A DNA stretch of 64,000 bases, taken from Octopus sinensis (taxonomy: Eukaryota). Numbering within the stretch: position 1 is the stretch's first letter; each line of letters opens with the position of its first letter. The DNA is taken from positions 11,222,001 to 11,286,000 of the forward strand of contig NC_043009.1 in the NCBI RefSeq assembly GCF_006345805.1, read 5' to 3'. The notes below the pieces were generated by a model, which ran no database searches, was not told where the DNA came from, and saw nothing but the letters and a program-made list of their open reading frames with translations. Positions 25,486 to 38,415 of this stretch are shown here, one piece after another. Both the position numbers and the translations under genes were made by a program.

Positions 25486-25520
25486 GGCGCGCCAAATTAC
25501 CGGAAATACCCCTCATTTTG
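25486..25520. promoter_or_regulatory. Cluster of promoter-like motifs (E2F-like, ETS-like, YY1-like)
   Basis: TTTGGCGCGCC on - (25486-25496), CCGGAAAT (25500-25507) and CAAAATGAGG on - within 35 bp, in otherwise AT-rich unique DNA. Confidence 0.35.
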
Positions 25521-26991
25521 ATTTTAATTATATATATATATATACATATACCTACCTACATGCATACATACATACATATATACATACACACACACACACA
25601 TATAACCGATAAGAAATGGAGCAATAATTAACAATGAGCTGTCAATCATTGGTGTTTTAAAGTCATTGTTTTCAAACACCTATGATCCACTGCTCATTGT
25701 TGGGGAAATATAGGGTACAAGGTGAGCAATTTTGATCAGGTACACATATTGATAGATAGAGTTAAATGCTTTGCTGATGTGGAAAGTGACAACATTGATT
25801 TCACTAAATATCTCAAAAGCGAGAACTCTTTGGTTTGGCCACAAGTTGATCTGATTCTACAGAAACCAATCATATGTTTTTTTAGGGAATAGCTAATAGA
25901 TGTTTCCTTTACCGTAAAAATATTATAAGGGAAGGAATAAGGTGACACGAATGTGTGTGTGAACGTGTGTGTATGCGTGCATGTGAGTGGGCGTATGTAT
26001 TTCGAATTTAGGATGGATAAATAATCAGCACATCGATCATATCGTATTTCGTGGATGATAGCTCAAGTTTACGCCGCTGTGGCTTTGCTTTTCATCCTTT
26101 TATTTTCTCGAAGTTGATAACATGAACAGCAAATTCCTGGAGTCGATACAATCAACAGGAACTGTTGAAAGTGATGCTTCAACATGACCGTGTTTACTAA
26201 ATTAAACGAGTACAGGAGTAAGAGAGTACTAGTGGTACCTGTAAATACTTCGGGGTAACTTTGAAAACTAGACGATTAGAAAACATGCTAGATAAGAGAT
26301 GCCTTTCTTTCTAAACTCTGTTTCTCTGAAACGGTTTTCGTGAGATGATACAATGCTCATATAAGTAGTCCGGAAGTTACAGTCTTAATAAAAAATAATA
26401 TTAGAGAATTCTTTTGAATTACAGAATTTTTACAGGTGGGTAAATACAGCAAAGGTTAGGACATTAGATTGTCGGAATGTTAAAGCATTGTGCAAGGAGA
26501 ATTGCTGTTTGTGTTTCGTATGTCGTGATCGGATTTAGAAGTACCTAAGTTTGTGCCCGGGTTTTGCAGTGGATTATATGCATCGCCTTACAGGAAAAAA
26601 TACGAAAGCACTTGCTGGTTGAGTATACTTAAGCAAACCAAGATACACGCACACACAAGCACACATACATACACACTTCACACACACACATGCACACTTC
26701 ACGCACATACACACACAAACACACATACGTACACATTTCAACACACACACAAACACACACATTCACAAACATGCACAATTCACAAGCACATGCAAACACA
26801 CATATACACACTTCGTACATACACACGCACACACAAACGCATAGAACCATACACATATGTATAACTTGACTCATGTGAGACATAACGGTTTAGTTGACAT
26901 TGCTTCAAGATATTAAGAGCTGTGTCAGTATATATGTGTGCACGATTTTGCATAGGGTGTTCTATTTGCGAAGTGGTTTGAAAAAGCTTTT

Positions 26992-27134
26992 ATAGGCACA
27001 GACGTGACTGTGTGATAAGAACCTTCCTCCACAACCGTATGGTTCCGGGTTCGGTACCACTGCGTGATATCTTGACCAAGTGTCGACCAAAGACTTGTGA
27101 GTGGATCTTGTCAACGGAAACAGAAGAAAGCTCA

Positions 27135-27170
<36 letters not shown>

Positions 27171-27870
27171 CACACACATATATATATATACATACACATA
27201 CACACGTGTGGTAAGTAGCTTGTTAACGAACCACATGGTCCCGGGTACAGTCCCACTACGTGGCACCTTAGGCAGGTGTCTTCTACTATATCCTCGGGCC
27301 GACCAAAGCCTTGTGAGTGGATTTGGTAGACAGAAACTGAAAGACGCCTGTCGTATATATTGTGTATATATATATATGTAAGTGAGTGTAAATCTTTGTA
27401 TGTCTGTGTTTGTCCCCCCAAAATCGCTTGACAACCGATGCTGGTGTGTTTACATCCCCATAACTTAGCGGTTCGGTAAAAGAGACCGATATAATAAGTA
27501 CTAAGCTTCCAAAGAATTGCTCGACAAAAGGCGGTGCTCCAGCATGGCCACAGTCAAATGACTGAAACAAGTAAAAGTGTAAAATGTAAGTGTATATACA
27601 TACACATATGCGTGTGTATGTGTGTATGTATGCGCGCGAGTATGTGTACGTATGTGTGTGTCGTTGGGAATATGTTTGTCCCCCACCACCGCTTGACGAT
27701 CGCTTTTGATGTGTTTATCCCCCTTGCATCTAGCGGTTCGGAAAAGCAACCAATAGAATAAGTATCAGGATTAAATAATTAAATAAATAGATAAATACAT
27801 AAATAAGTCCTGGGGCGATGCATTCGACTGACCATTCAAAGCGGTGCTCCAGCATGACCACATTCTAATG
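26992..27870 (+). mobile_element. Cluster of three SINE family B segments (5' half, full copy at about 27205-27585, 3' half)
   Basis: Family B motifs repeated in tandem, separated by CA/TA/TG microsatellites. Confidence 0.85.
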
Positions 27871-28029
27871 ACTGGAATAGCTAAAGGTGATAGAAAAGAA
27901 AACGTGTAGTAGGACGTTTCGTATATCCTTGTCATATCCTCACACCAAGAGCTGGTTTAATGCGACGTATATGACCAAAAAGGTGCTCAACAGTTACTTA
28001 ATGTCAACTGAGAATATGAGTGCTATAAT

Positions 28030-28325
28030 AATCTACACGATCAACAAAATTTGACCAGCTGCGTGCGTGCGCACATACACGCGAATAATGTCCAAATCTC
28101 TAACCAATCACGTACAGTTAGCTGGCATTCAATTGGCGTATCAAGTTTCCGGCATTTTGATTGGGTTTTGAATAGAAAATTCACAGAAAAGTCACTTCTA
28201 TTGATTTTTTAATGGCTTTGCGGGGTGACTGGGGAAATGTAAAGATGTGCACGACCACCCTTGGACGGTTTTGAATGACCATAGAAAGTGCGAGCCCTCT
28301 AACTGAAAAATTGTGGATTTGTATA
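28030..28325. mobile_element. Possible non-autonomous DNA transposon remnant
   Basis: CpG-containing block with weak terminal inverted similarity (ctacacgatcaacaaaattt / aaaattgtggatttgtata). Class unknown. Confidence 0.25.
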
Positions 28326-28514
28326 AAAGACACACACACACACACACACACACACAAAACACACACACATTTTGCCGTTTATATATATAGAGATGCGTGT
28401 ATAACTATGTTTGCGTGCTTAGATTAAATGTATAAATACTAATGTATATGTAAGAACAAGTGGGTGTTTGCCATCTCTGCATCTTTCAGTTTATGCGAAT
28501 ATACTTACATGTAT

Positions 28515-28803
28515 GAAATATGGTTACATATACTATATAATATATGTATATGTATGTATGTATGTGTGTGTGTGTATATGTATATATACATACACACACT
28601 TATTTACATATATATGTTTATCATAATAAGGGAATTATATATATATATATGAAATATGGTTACATATACTATATACTATATAATATATATATGTATGTAT
28701 GTGTGTGTGTATATGTATATATACATGCACACAATGTGTGTGTGTATGTATTTATACATACACACACTTATATACGTATATATGTTTATTATATTAAGGG
28801 AAT

Positions 28804-28830
<27 letters not shown>
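28515..28830. repeat. Tandem duplication of a microsatellite-containing unit of about 135-180 bp
   Basis: gaaatatggttacatatact... and ...tgtttat(c)at..taagggaattatata each occur twice. Confidence 0.85.
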
Positions 28831-28899
<69 letters not shown>

Positions 28900-29334
28900 A
28901 TGTACATACCCCTCACTTGCACACGCACACTCACCCACACACATAGTTAAGTATGTCTGTGTGTACGTTTCCATAAATAACTATGTATATATATAACAGC
29001 TTGAATCGTCGATATTGCTGTATAAGCATCCATAGGTGTGGATATGTGAAACGTTTCTTCTTGTTCTGATGAAAACCGACGCCGCCGTTCTCATTATCAG
29101 TTCAGTATATATTTAGTAAAAGAATCAAATCACAAAGAATCCTTAGATAAACTTCTTCAGATGATTTATGATTTCTCAGAGAAACAATTATCCGCCTACC
29201 GGAGTCTTTAAATCACAGATCTTTAATCTTCGTTGAAGCACATGATTGTATTCGTTCTGTTCACAAACAGTGATTTCGTGTATGAGAGAACAATTATGTG
29301 GTCGTTCAGTTTACTGAAAGTAGCAGCTAAATTT

Positions 29335-29725
29335 CCTTAAGCTTGTTTCTCATCCACATGGCTCTGGGTTCGGTCCCACTGTGTAACATATTTGGGCAAG
29401 TATTGTCTTCTGCTATAGCCTCAGGCAGACCAAAGCCGTGTCACTGGATTTGGTAGACGGAAATTGAATGAAGCCCGTCGTATGTATGTTCAGGTATCTA
29501 TGTGTTTGTGTCTTCGTGTCTGTGTTTGTCCCACCACCACCACTTGACAACCGGTGTTGGTGTCTTTACATCCCTGTAACTTAGTGGTGTCGGCAAGAGA
29601 GATAGAATAAATAACAGGCTTTAAAAATAGTACTAAAGTCGATTCATTCGACGAGAAATTCTTCAAGGTGGTGCCTCAACACCGCCGCAGTCTAAAAACT
29701 GAAACAAGTGAAATATAAAAGATAA
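29335..29725 (+). mobile_element. SINE family B, degenerate
   Basis: ccacatggctctgggttcggtcccactg ... cttgacaaccggtgttggtgtc ... gaaacaagt. Confidence 0.8.
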
Positions 29726-30415
29726 AAGATTAATATGAAATGAACAATAGGATGATTTTATACTAGTACTAGAAGGGGTATAATTAAAGTGTCGTTTAAT
29801 CAGGCTTGACCTAAGGTTAAACAAATTTATCAAAACTTTGGTTAAAACCTTTTGAAAATACATTCTTCGCTTAAGATACACATGAGTTTTAATCCTAAAA
29901 CTTTATTCTAAAAAAGATTGGTGGCAAAAGATCGAACAATTTCATGAGGCTTTCAGTAAATAGTCTTTAATATTTCTGGATAATTTCTTGATTAAAATAA
30001 TCATATCATAGGGCATGAAACAGCTGCAAAAGCTAATTAGGAAATTGTTATTTATAATAAGATCTGTGACAGATTAGCGAGACTGTTGCCGTCATTACAG
30101 CTTTCCCGCTTTTCGTTACGCTCACGTCCATCTTTCTTTATTTCTCTCTTATCTTTTCTCTTTCTTTCACACTTAGTTCCTTTATCTCTCGCACTGTCTT
30201 CCTCTCACTGAAATGTAAAATTTCCAATTTGAGAAAACTCTAAGCAGACAATAAATATATATAAAGTTTACTTAATATATATCAAAACTGAAAGCAATAT
30301 TTAATTTCCATATTTCTAATACTTTATCTATATTGTTGACACTATGAATGCGATATTATGGACTTCTTATTCTAAGATTTAACCGCACAAATATACATAT
30401 CTACATATATATATA

Positions 30416-30724
30416 CGTGGAGGCACATGACTTAGTGGTTAGAGCAGCGGATTCGCGGTCGAGGGATCGCCGGTTCGAATCTCAGAGCGGACGATGAGCG
30501 TGTTTATGAGCGAAACACCTAAGCTCCACGCGGCTCCGGCAGAAGGTAATGACGAACTTCTGCTGACTCTTCCGCCACAACTTTCTCTCACTCTTTCCTC
30601 CTGCATCTTGCAGCTCACCTGCGACGGACCGGCGTCCCGTCCAGGTGGAGAACCTATACACCAAGGAAACCGGGAAACCGGCCCTTATGAGCCAGGCGTG
30701 GCTCGAGAAGGAACAAACAACAAC
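30416..30724 (+). mobile_element. SINE family D, full length
   Basis: tRNA-like head (tgacttagtgg, ggttcgaatc), gaaacacctaagctccacg body, (AAC)n tail. Confidence 0.88.
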
Positions 30725-31004
30725 ACATATATACATGAGTCTCTATTCATTGTACAATTTATCCTTCCTTGTTAATACATTTACGTTGTCATTCTAGGCG
30801 ACCACGTTTATATTTCTAGTCGTCCAGAGATTATGCGGACGTTGCGTCAGTAGTTTCTCCTCGTTGGTTGTCTGAGTGGGTGTCGCCATCTCCGTAAAAA
30901 TTGTAGAGCCCGTAGCCATATTTGGGTCTCGTGTGAACTCGAAGACACCGAACCACTAAAAACATAGATGAGAAGAATATTTATGACACTTCTATATATG
31001 CCAG

Positions 31005-31290
31005 CCGAAGGCGCATGCGTTAGAGGTTATGCTATTCGGTTTGCGATCGTAAGGTCGTGAGTTCAATTCCTAGCCATGTGTTGTGTCCTTGAGCAAGACA
31101 CTATTTCATGTTGCTCAAGTTCATTCAGTTGGCAAAAAATTAGTACGCTGAATCTCCCCGAGGACTACGTTAAGGGTACACGTGCTTGTGGAATGCTCAG
31201 GCGCTTGCACGTTAATTTCACGAGCGAGGTGTTCCGTTGATGGGATCAACTGGAACCCGCGTCGTCGTAACCGATAGAATGCCAGCAGTA
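31005..31290 (+). mobile_element. SINE with family C head and a different tail (ttaagggtacacgtg...actggaacc...gtcgtaaccg)
   Basis: Head and core match 24788. Tail matches 48060-48185 and, partly, 62005-62060. Confidence 0.8.
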
Positions 31291-31428
31291 TATATGCCTG
31301 GTAACGTTGAAATTTCTCGATATAAGGATGGTTTTGATGTAATTGCACACGACAGAAAAAATCTGATGACATGGTTCGAAAACGAATGGCTGCATTGTAT
31401 GTTAGGTTCCCATACACTGCAATATATA

Positions 31429-31570
31429 TTAGGTTGTCCCAAAAGTTCGTAAACACTTGCGAAAATTGAATTTTTACTCGCCAAGTACTAACAAAAACAA
31501 CAAAAATTATTCCTCAAAATAAAGACCATTATTTTCCAAGACTTTCTACGAACTTTTGGGACAACCTTAT
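31429..31570. mobile_element. Mariner-type MITE, about 140 bp
   Basis: TIRs aggttgtcccaaaagttcgta / tacgaacttttgggacaacct, a perfect 21 bp match, with TA dinucleotides at the flanks. Confidence 0.88.
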
Positions 31571-31677
31571 ACAACATTTGCTAAAATCGTCCTTTCAATA
31601 ACATCTAAATATCAGAGTAGTATTTTCTAGATGGCAACTCTTAATTGCAGTATATCAATGGCAGTTGGATACATAAT

Positions 31678-31865
31678 TCTTTTATTCTTTTAATTGCTTC
31701 AGTCATTTGACTGCGGCCATGCTGGACCACCGTCTTAAAGTGTTCCTTAGTCGAAGAAATCGACCCTAGGACTTATTCTTTCGGTTTCTTTTGCTGAACC
31801 CTTAAATCACGAAGACGTAAACACACCAACATCGGTTGTCAAGTGATGGTAGGGAGACAAACACA
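31678..31865 (-). mobile_element. SINE family B, 3' half
   Basis: cagtcatttgactgcggccatgctgg...acaccaacatcggttgtcaag. Confidence 0.8.
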
Positions 31866-32114
31866 AAGGCACATTCCTACCTCTCTCTCGCTCTCTCGCT
31901 CTTTGTTAATATATATATATATATATATATATTAATTCATAATTCTTATGAATTAACTCTGAAATTGGGACCAATACGGTAATAACGGATTTTTTTAGGA
32001 ATTTCCGTCGGTTTGTTTCGAGGCACGTGTTAATAGTGATAAATTATAATGGTTATTGACAATTTGTCTATTTTCGGCATATTTGGCATTAGAATTTTTT
32101 CTTTTGCCCTTATT

Positions 32115-32160
<46 letters not shown>

Positions 32161-32411
32161 GGTTTAAGAGGAGACAAAATTTAGATAATTATCCTATAGT
32201 TAGATTTACATCAACATAATAAATACATACAACACAACAGATACACCAAGACAGGGAACATATCAATATATTATTTGAGAATAGAAATAATAAATAAAAG
32301 AAGTAGAAATATATGCGGGAAGGGATAAATAAATAATGAATGATACATCGATTAAAAATCCTATTAAATTTAAGATTTTGAAATGTTGAATTAAGAATAA
32401 AAAGTTATAAG

Positions 32412-32822
32412 ATACATCGATGGCAGTGAGAAGTGTTAATGATCGAAGAGAAATAATAAGGATAAATTTGATTTAAGAGTTCTAAAGAAATGTTTATAGA
32501 GGGTTATAAAACCATATAGGTATTTGATAAGATAGCCGTCGAATAACATAATGTAGTTAAGCTTACGTTTTCCTTTGTCTCATATTTCTTCGAACCTTGC
32601 ATATATTTCCTTATTTCCTGTCGAAGGGGACATTGTCAGTGTAAAACTAATGGATTAATACCATGCAGACAAATGGACTCTAGAAACGCCCGTCGAAATG
32701 CATTTTATATGGTGCTATAACCGTCTTTAAATATTGCTTTAGAGCTCTTAAAACAAATTTATCCTTATCATTTCTCTTACTTTTAAATCCATCATTAAGA
32801 CTACTCACTGCCGTTGATGTAT
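32412..32822. repeat. Inverted repeat, arms of about 110 bp (32412-32518 and 32706-32822), spacer about 187 bp
   Basis: atacatcgatggcagtgagaagtgttaatgat...aagagaaataataaggataaatttgatttaagagttctaaag aligns to the reverse complement of the right arm with scattered mismatches and one indel. Confidence 0.9.
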
Positions 32823-33179
32823 ATATATACAAATTACACGAACGTGTATAAACAGGAGATACAAATATTACAGGTAGTTCCCCCACACACTAACTAAACA
32901 TAGACACGCATAGAGGTATACGCATGCGCAAATGAAGACACATACAATAGGAATACAAAATGGCTGACTGTTAGTAAGGAGAGACACACAAATAAGAAAG
33001 AAGAAAGCAAAGGACCACTGATGAGGTCACAGAAGTGTGACGAAAGAACTCTGGCCGAAATAAGATTAAGATTAATGTAAAAAATAAATAACGCTGAAGC
33101 AAATATACAGTGCGTGTGTTTTTATTGGCTAAACTGGCAAAATGACCATTCCTAAATACAACAACATATATATATATAT

Positions 33180-33770
33180 ACATGACATGCTTCTTTCAGT
33201 TTCTGCCAACCATGTCCACACACAAGGCTTTGGTCGGCACGATGCTCTAGTAGGAGATACTGGCCTAAGGTGCGACGCATTGGGACTGTAACCGGAAAGA
33301 TGTAGTTGAGAAGCAAGTTTCTTACGACGCAGTCACGACAAAGTTCAGGGGTCATTTAAATCTTCATTATTCTACAAATACTGCAAATGGTTTTCAACGT
33401 TGTTAAATAGAAAGCTGTATTGTAGAACAATCAAATGGAATGAGTATTATCTTTTATTTCCTTCAGTTTACTCTTCTTTGTACATGGGACGGCAGGGATA
33501 ATTTACTCTAAGCCACACACACACAGACGCACCCACAGGCACCCATTCGCACGCACACACACATACACACAAACACACACACACACACATACACACACAT
33601 ATATATATATACGACGGGCTTCTTTCAGTTTCCGTCTATCATATCCGCTCACAATGCTTTGGTCGGCACGAGGCTATAAGTAGAAGACACTTGCCCAAGG
33701 TGTCACGCAGTGGGACTGAACCCGAGACCATGCGGTTGGTACGCAAGCTACTTACCACACAGCCACACAG
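33180..33770 (-). mobile_element. Two SINE family B 5' halves (about 33180-33335 and 33608-33770)
   Basis: cttctttcagttt...ggctttggtcggc...gggactg motifs occur twice. Confidence 0.8.
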
Positions 33771-33778
33771 ATACGTAT

Positions 33779-33811
<33 letters not shown>

Positions 33812-33959
33812 CGTATCTGCGTGTGTGTGTGTTTGTGTGTATATATTTTCAAGTACACTTTCATGTACAAATGGGAGTTTACATTCTGTTTTATTCATTT
33901 GATCGACTATAATTCATTGTGAATCTGCAAATAGTTACTCGCGAATATCTGACCTAAGA

Positions 33960-34108
33960 GACAACAAAGAGAATGTACGCATACACACACACATACATAC
34001 ACACACATACATACATACATACATACACACATACATATACATATCTACATAATATATATATATATGCATGTATGCATATATGTATACGTGCATACATATA
34101 TATATGTT

Positions 34109-34174
<66 letters not shown>

Positions 34175-34182
34175 TATAAATG

Positions 34183-34225
<43 letters not shown>

Positions 34226-34260
34226 CAAGGTGATCTAATTCATACATACGTACTTACATG
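33960..34260. repeat. (CATA)n/(TA)n microsatellite
   Basis: Directly visible. Confidence 0.95.
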
Positions 34261-37200
34261 CACGTGTACATGTGTATCATTGCTTGTGTGTTAAATCTTC
34301 CCGCCAGATATCGAATTGCATCTCTAAGATGAAAGAGGGAATTATTCATAAATATGATTCCTTCCTGTCTCTTACATTTTATAGTTATACCAATTCCGAT
34401 TTCAGCTTCCTCTTGTCACTAAGCTAATTTACTAATTTAAAATACAGCAAAACATTTGTTGCCTTTGATACGCTTAGAAACAACTACAAAGACTATATAT
34501 CGAGACGTATTAACTTATATACCTTTTTATCTGTATAATAATTTAGTTAAATATATTTAAGCCTTTCAAACTGTTTTCTGAATCGCTTGCTACTATTTGC
34601 TTTCAATTCTTCGTCTTTTGAAAATATCTGGTTACTATTGAAATAGTTACATTCATAAAAATATTTGTACGATAAAATTCAAATATGCTTTTGATATTCA
34701 GCGGAATAATATGAGGCAATTACGGAGAAAACATCTTACCATAATATAGCTTTTATAAAGAGTTGTATGACAATTTTATTCAGTATTCTATTCAGACGTT
34801 ATTAAACGATATATTTGAAAACTTCTAACGTTGTGAAGTACACAAGAAACATTGAAGTATACATCAATTCATTTCAATGTGCATAATTCTTTCCTTATGA
34901 TCTTATTTTCGTTTTCTGGAATGTTTCCGTTAGCTATTTCTACTCAAATAAGCAATTTGGTCTGTCTTTTTACTCACTTTAGACACGAAGTAAAACATGA
35001 AAAAAAATTGAAAAGTATTTAGTAGTCGTAAGGCGAGAAAAAAATCACTAGATTTCGAATGGCATCACAGCAAACATTTTGACACTTTGATGTAAACATT
35101 TGTGCAAAAATGTAACAGATACACTTTAATACAAAAGATAACGACAGTTGCATAATACAGAATGATTATAACATTGTATCCTGGCGAATACTTACAGTGA
35201 AAAATATGGAACTATAAATTTTTTCAATAGATCGACTTTAGCCCCACTCAGATTAGGTTTTAGAAGGAGTCTTGGTTGTCATGCTCAACTAAAGAATATT
35301 TGATTTCTTTGTTCAATGAAGCAGTGCATATTTGGAATGGAAATTGTATTTGGATGAAACCAATAGAAGAAGATTAAATCCGAATAGTAATATATCCTCC
35401 ACAGAAATGCTTGTAGCTACAAATAACAATGAGATTGGCCATTATTGTACAGAAGAAAATGAAGGGGAAACACTACCGATTCTTGGTGTTCATTACCATT
35501 GATAGAACGTGCTTAACATCGAAATCGTTACAATAAAGCTATTTGACATAAAAATTCTCATAAACTATTAGTCATGACGTATTCATAGATATAAAAGTTC
35601 TATTTTTTTAAACATTTATTTTTATCCAAACATACTCATTTATATTTGAAAAAACATAACATTATTTTGTACATCTACCATTTTATGATATCACGTCGCT
35701 ATTGATTATCTTTTTTTAACAAACTACTTATGGGGTTTTACAATAAGTCAATGCTTAATATTTACATTAATATTTCCATTTGGTTCTATGGCTCTTCATT
35801 TTGAGTTTAAATAGCACCAAGGCGGATTTCAGTATCAATAAAAATGCTCGTTGTTTAAATACTAGTTGGTTTGGCATTTCATTGTCAATGAAATAATACA
35901 TTATATTATACAATCATTATTGTGTATAAAATAATTGCTTTATGGCATAACGGGTGGCATCGTGGTTAAGGCTTTGCACTCACGATTACTGGGCGTTGTG
36001 ATGTGTTCTTGAGCAAAAAAAAAAATCATTTTACGCCGCTGTAAAGTAAACGAAGCAATCCTATGACGGACTCGCCTCACGTTCAAGGATCTGTTGTGAC
36101 CTTTGTCAAATATATACCATCGAAAGCAGAAAACGAATCTTCTGATTGATAGAACTCAGCACAGGGTTCCCGTTTTTAATTCACCACCATTTAGCCCTCA
36201 GCTATTACCACACCAAGGTTTACTTAACATGTTATCATTTCAACATTGATAAGATAAGTGCTTCTCATGTACTGGAATTGACCCAGTCAGCTGTACCCCA
36301 TTTCCTTCACAATAATAGCCGAGTGTTATAAAATTTATGCTGGTCATTACATAACTTTCGGTCTCCCATTGTTCATATTTCAAACCCTGTTAGATTTTGC
36401 TTTCCTGTTTAGGTTTTAGTCAGTACTGATTGGCCAGACGGGACCACAGACATTCCATGCATGGTAATTCCATCATTCTTGTATTCAGTTAGATTATACC
36501 TGGGACTATAATATAAAATACTTCCATTTAAGACTCGACTCAGTCTTGTGTTGGTATTTTGTTTTTAATAGTCAACTAACTTACTACTTGTAAACTAACT
36601 TAAAACAGGGACTTAGGCATATAGGTGATTTTTCCATGACTTTTGCTATGACTTTTTGTCACGCCGACAGAATGCATAGGAGGCACGCCCGCTGGTTAAT
36701 TTACTCCTATTGAACCGTGATAAAAGTAATTTATAGTGTTGCCGAATTACTTGAATAAAACCACTTCAGCATATAAATAGGCTAATGTAACGATCCAGAC
36801 GAATAGCTTTACAGTGTAAGTGTTCAACCCGCTAGAAGTAGCAATGAACCAAATAAACCCTCACATTATATCGTGTTGCAGCTTCAAAATAAACGGTCAT
36901 GTAGAATACTGTAGTCTTGCATGCACTATATCTGAAAGTACATAAAAAGGAAGAATTAATAAACATGGAGTGATCTTCGCTGGAATGCATTTAATTAAAG
37001 GCCTCCTCAATCGGGACTGCCTTGGAGCTAAAGAAAAGCAACAGCAGCGATAACAGAGACAATGGAAACAATATAACAACATAGGAACAAGAACAAGAAC
37101 ATCCCCAACAGCAAAAACAACAACAACAACAACCACCATCACAATCACAACAGCGACAACAACGTAATAGGTAATAACGTGATATTTTATTATATTTACG

Positions 37201-37642
37201 CCGAGCTATATTCCTCTATTCCATAATGGCGTATCAAAGGGAAAATCACAACAATCAGCTTCACTAATAACAAAAGATAAGAGACTGCGTTCGAAAAGGA
37301 TGGCACCTGATCCGTGCACTGTTTCTGTGGCTTCAATAGGTAATTGTAGATGCTGAATAGAACGAGAGACACTTATCTAAAATATCACATTAATTTTAAA
37401 GATGTGGCGCTGCTTAATTTAACTACAAGTGCTTGTGGATTTTTACCACTACACACACACACGCACACACACACACATATACACAGACACACACATTTAT
37501 ATATACCCAAACATATATGTATACATACATAGATACATACATACATACATAGACATACACAAATATGCATATGCTTATATGTCTCGTATCTCACTCGCTA
37601 TCTTTGTCTGTGTCTCTCTAACTATATTTACCTCTCTATCTC

Positions 37643-37711
<69 letters not shown>

Positions 37712-38033
37712 ATATATATATATATATTTATTTATATGTGTGTGTGTGTGAGCGTGTGTGTGTATGTAGGTACATAATACATATACGTACGAAAATACAC
37801 ACACATAGGTGTAACGTGTTTGTATATTCGTCTATACTTACGCACTAACAAATCTCGTCTTGTCTTTTTACTCTTTATCTGACATTCACCAATTCCATAT
37901 TTTCTCCTCCCCATTTTAACGTTCTTCCATACGTGTGTGGTGGGGTGTGATACCTGTATCTATTTACCTATGTAGCTATTTATCTACCTGTCTATCTATC
38001 TTTCTGTAGGTATAAAAAAATATATATGTTTGC

Positions 38034-38070
<37 letters not shown>

Positions 38071-38092
38071 TATGTATGTATATATATATATA

Positions 38093-38212
38093 TCACGTGA
38101 TCACGTGACCGACCAGTCCATCAGATGTTGTTACACATCGCTGGTCACAATGCGTTCGCATTGTTTTAGCCTTCGAATGACGCCACCCCGCTGGCTAAGC
38201 GAGCAGGCCAAT
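38093..38212 (+). mobile_element. 120 bp interspersed element embedded in (TA)n, copy 1
   Basis: tcacgtgatcacgtgaccgaccag...gctaagcgagcaggccaa. Reverse complement at 53500-53622. Confidence 0.85.
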
Positions 38213-38243
38213 ATATATATATATAATATATATATATATATAT

Positions 38244-38286
<43 letters not shown>

Positions 38287-38415
38287 TTTATAGGTACACC
38301 ATATCAAACATTCTATAAATACATACATACATGCATACATACATATATATATACAAACATTGTTTGTATATACACATACATATGTATATATGTATATATA
38401 CATGTATATTAACAT

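Noticed and set aside
30416-30490. tRNA-like sequences here and at 24788, 47572 and 63150-63221
   Set aside because: They have A/B boxes but no complete cloverleaf and continue into SINE bodies.
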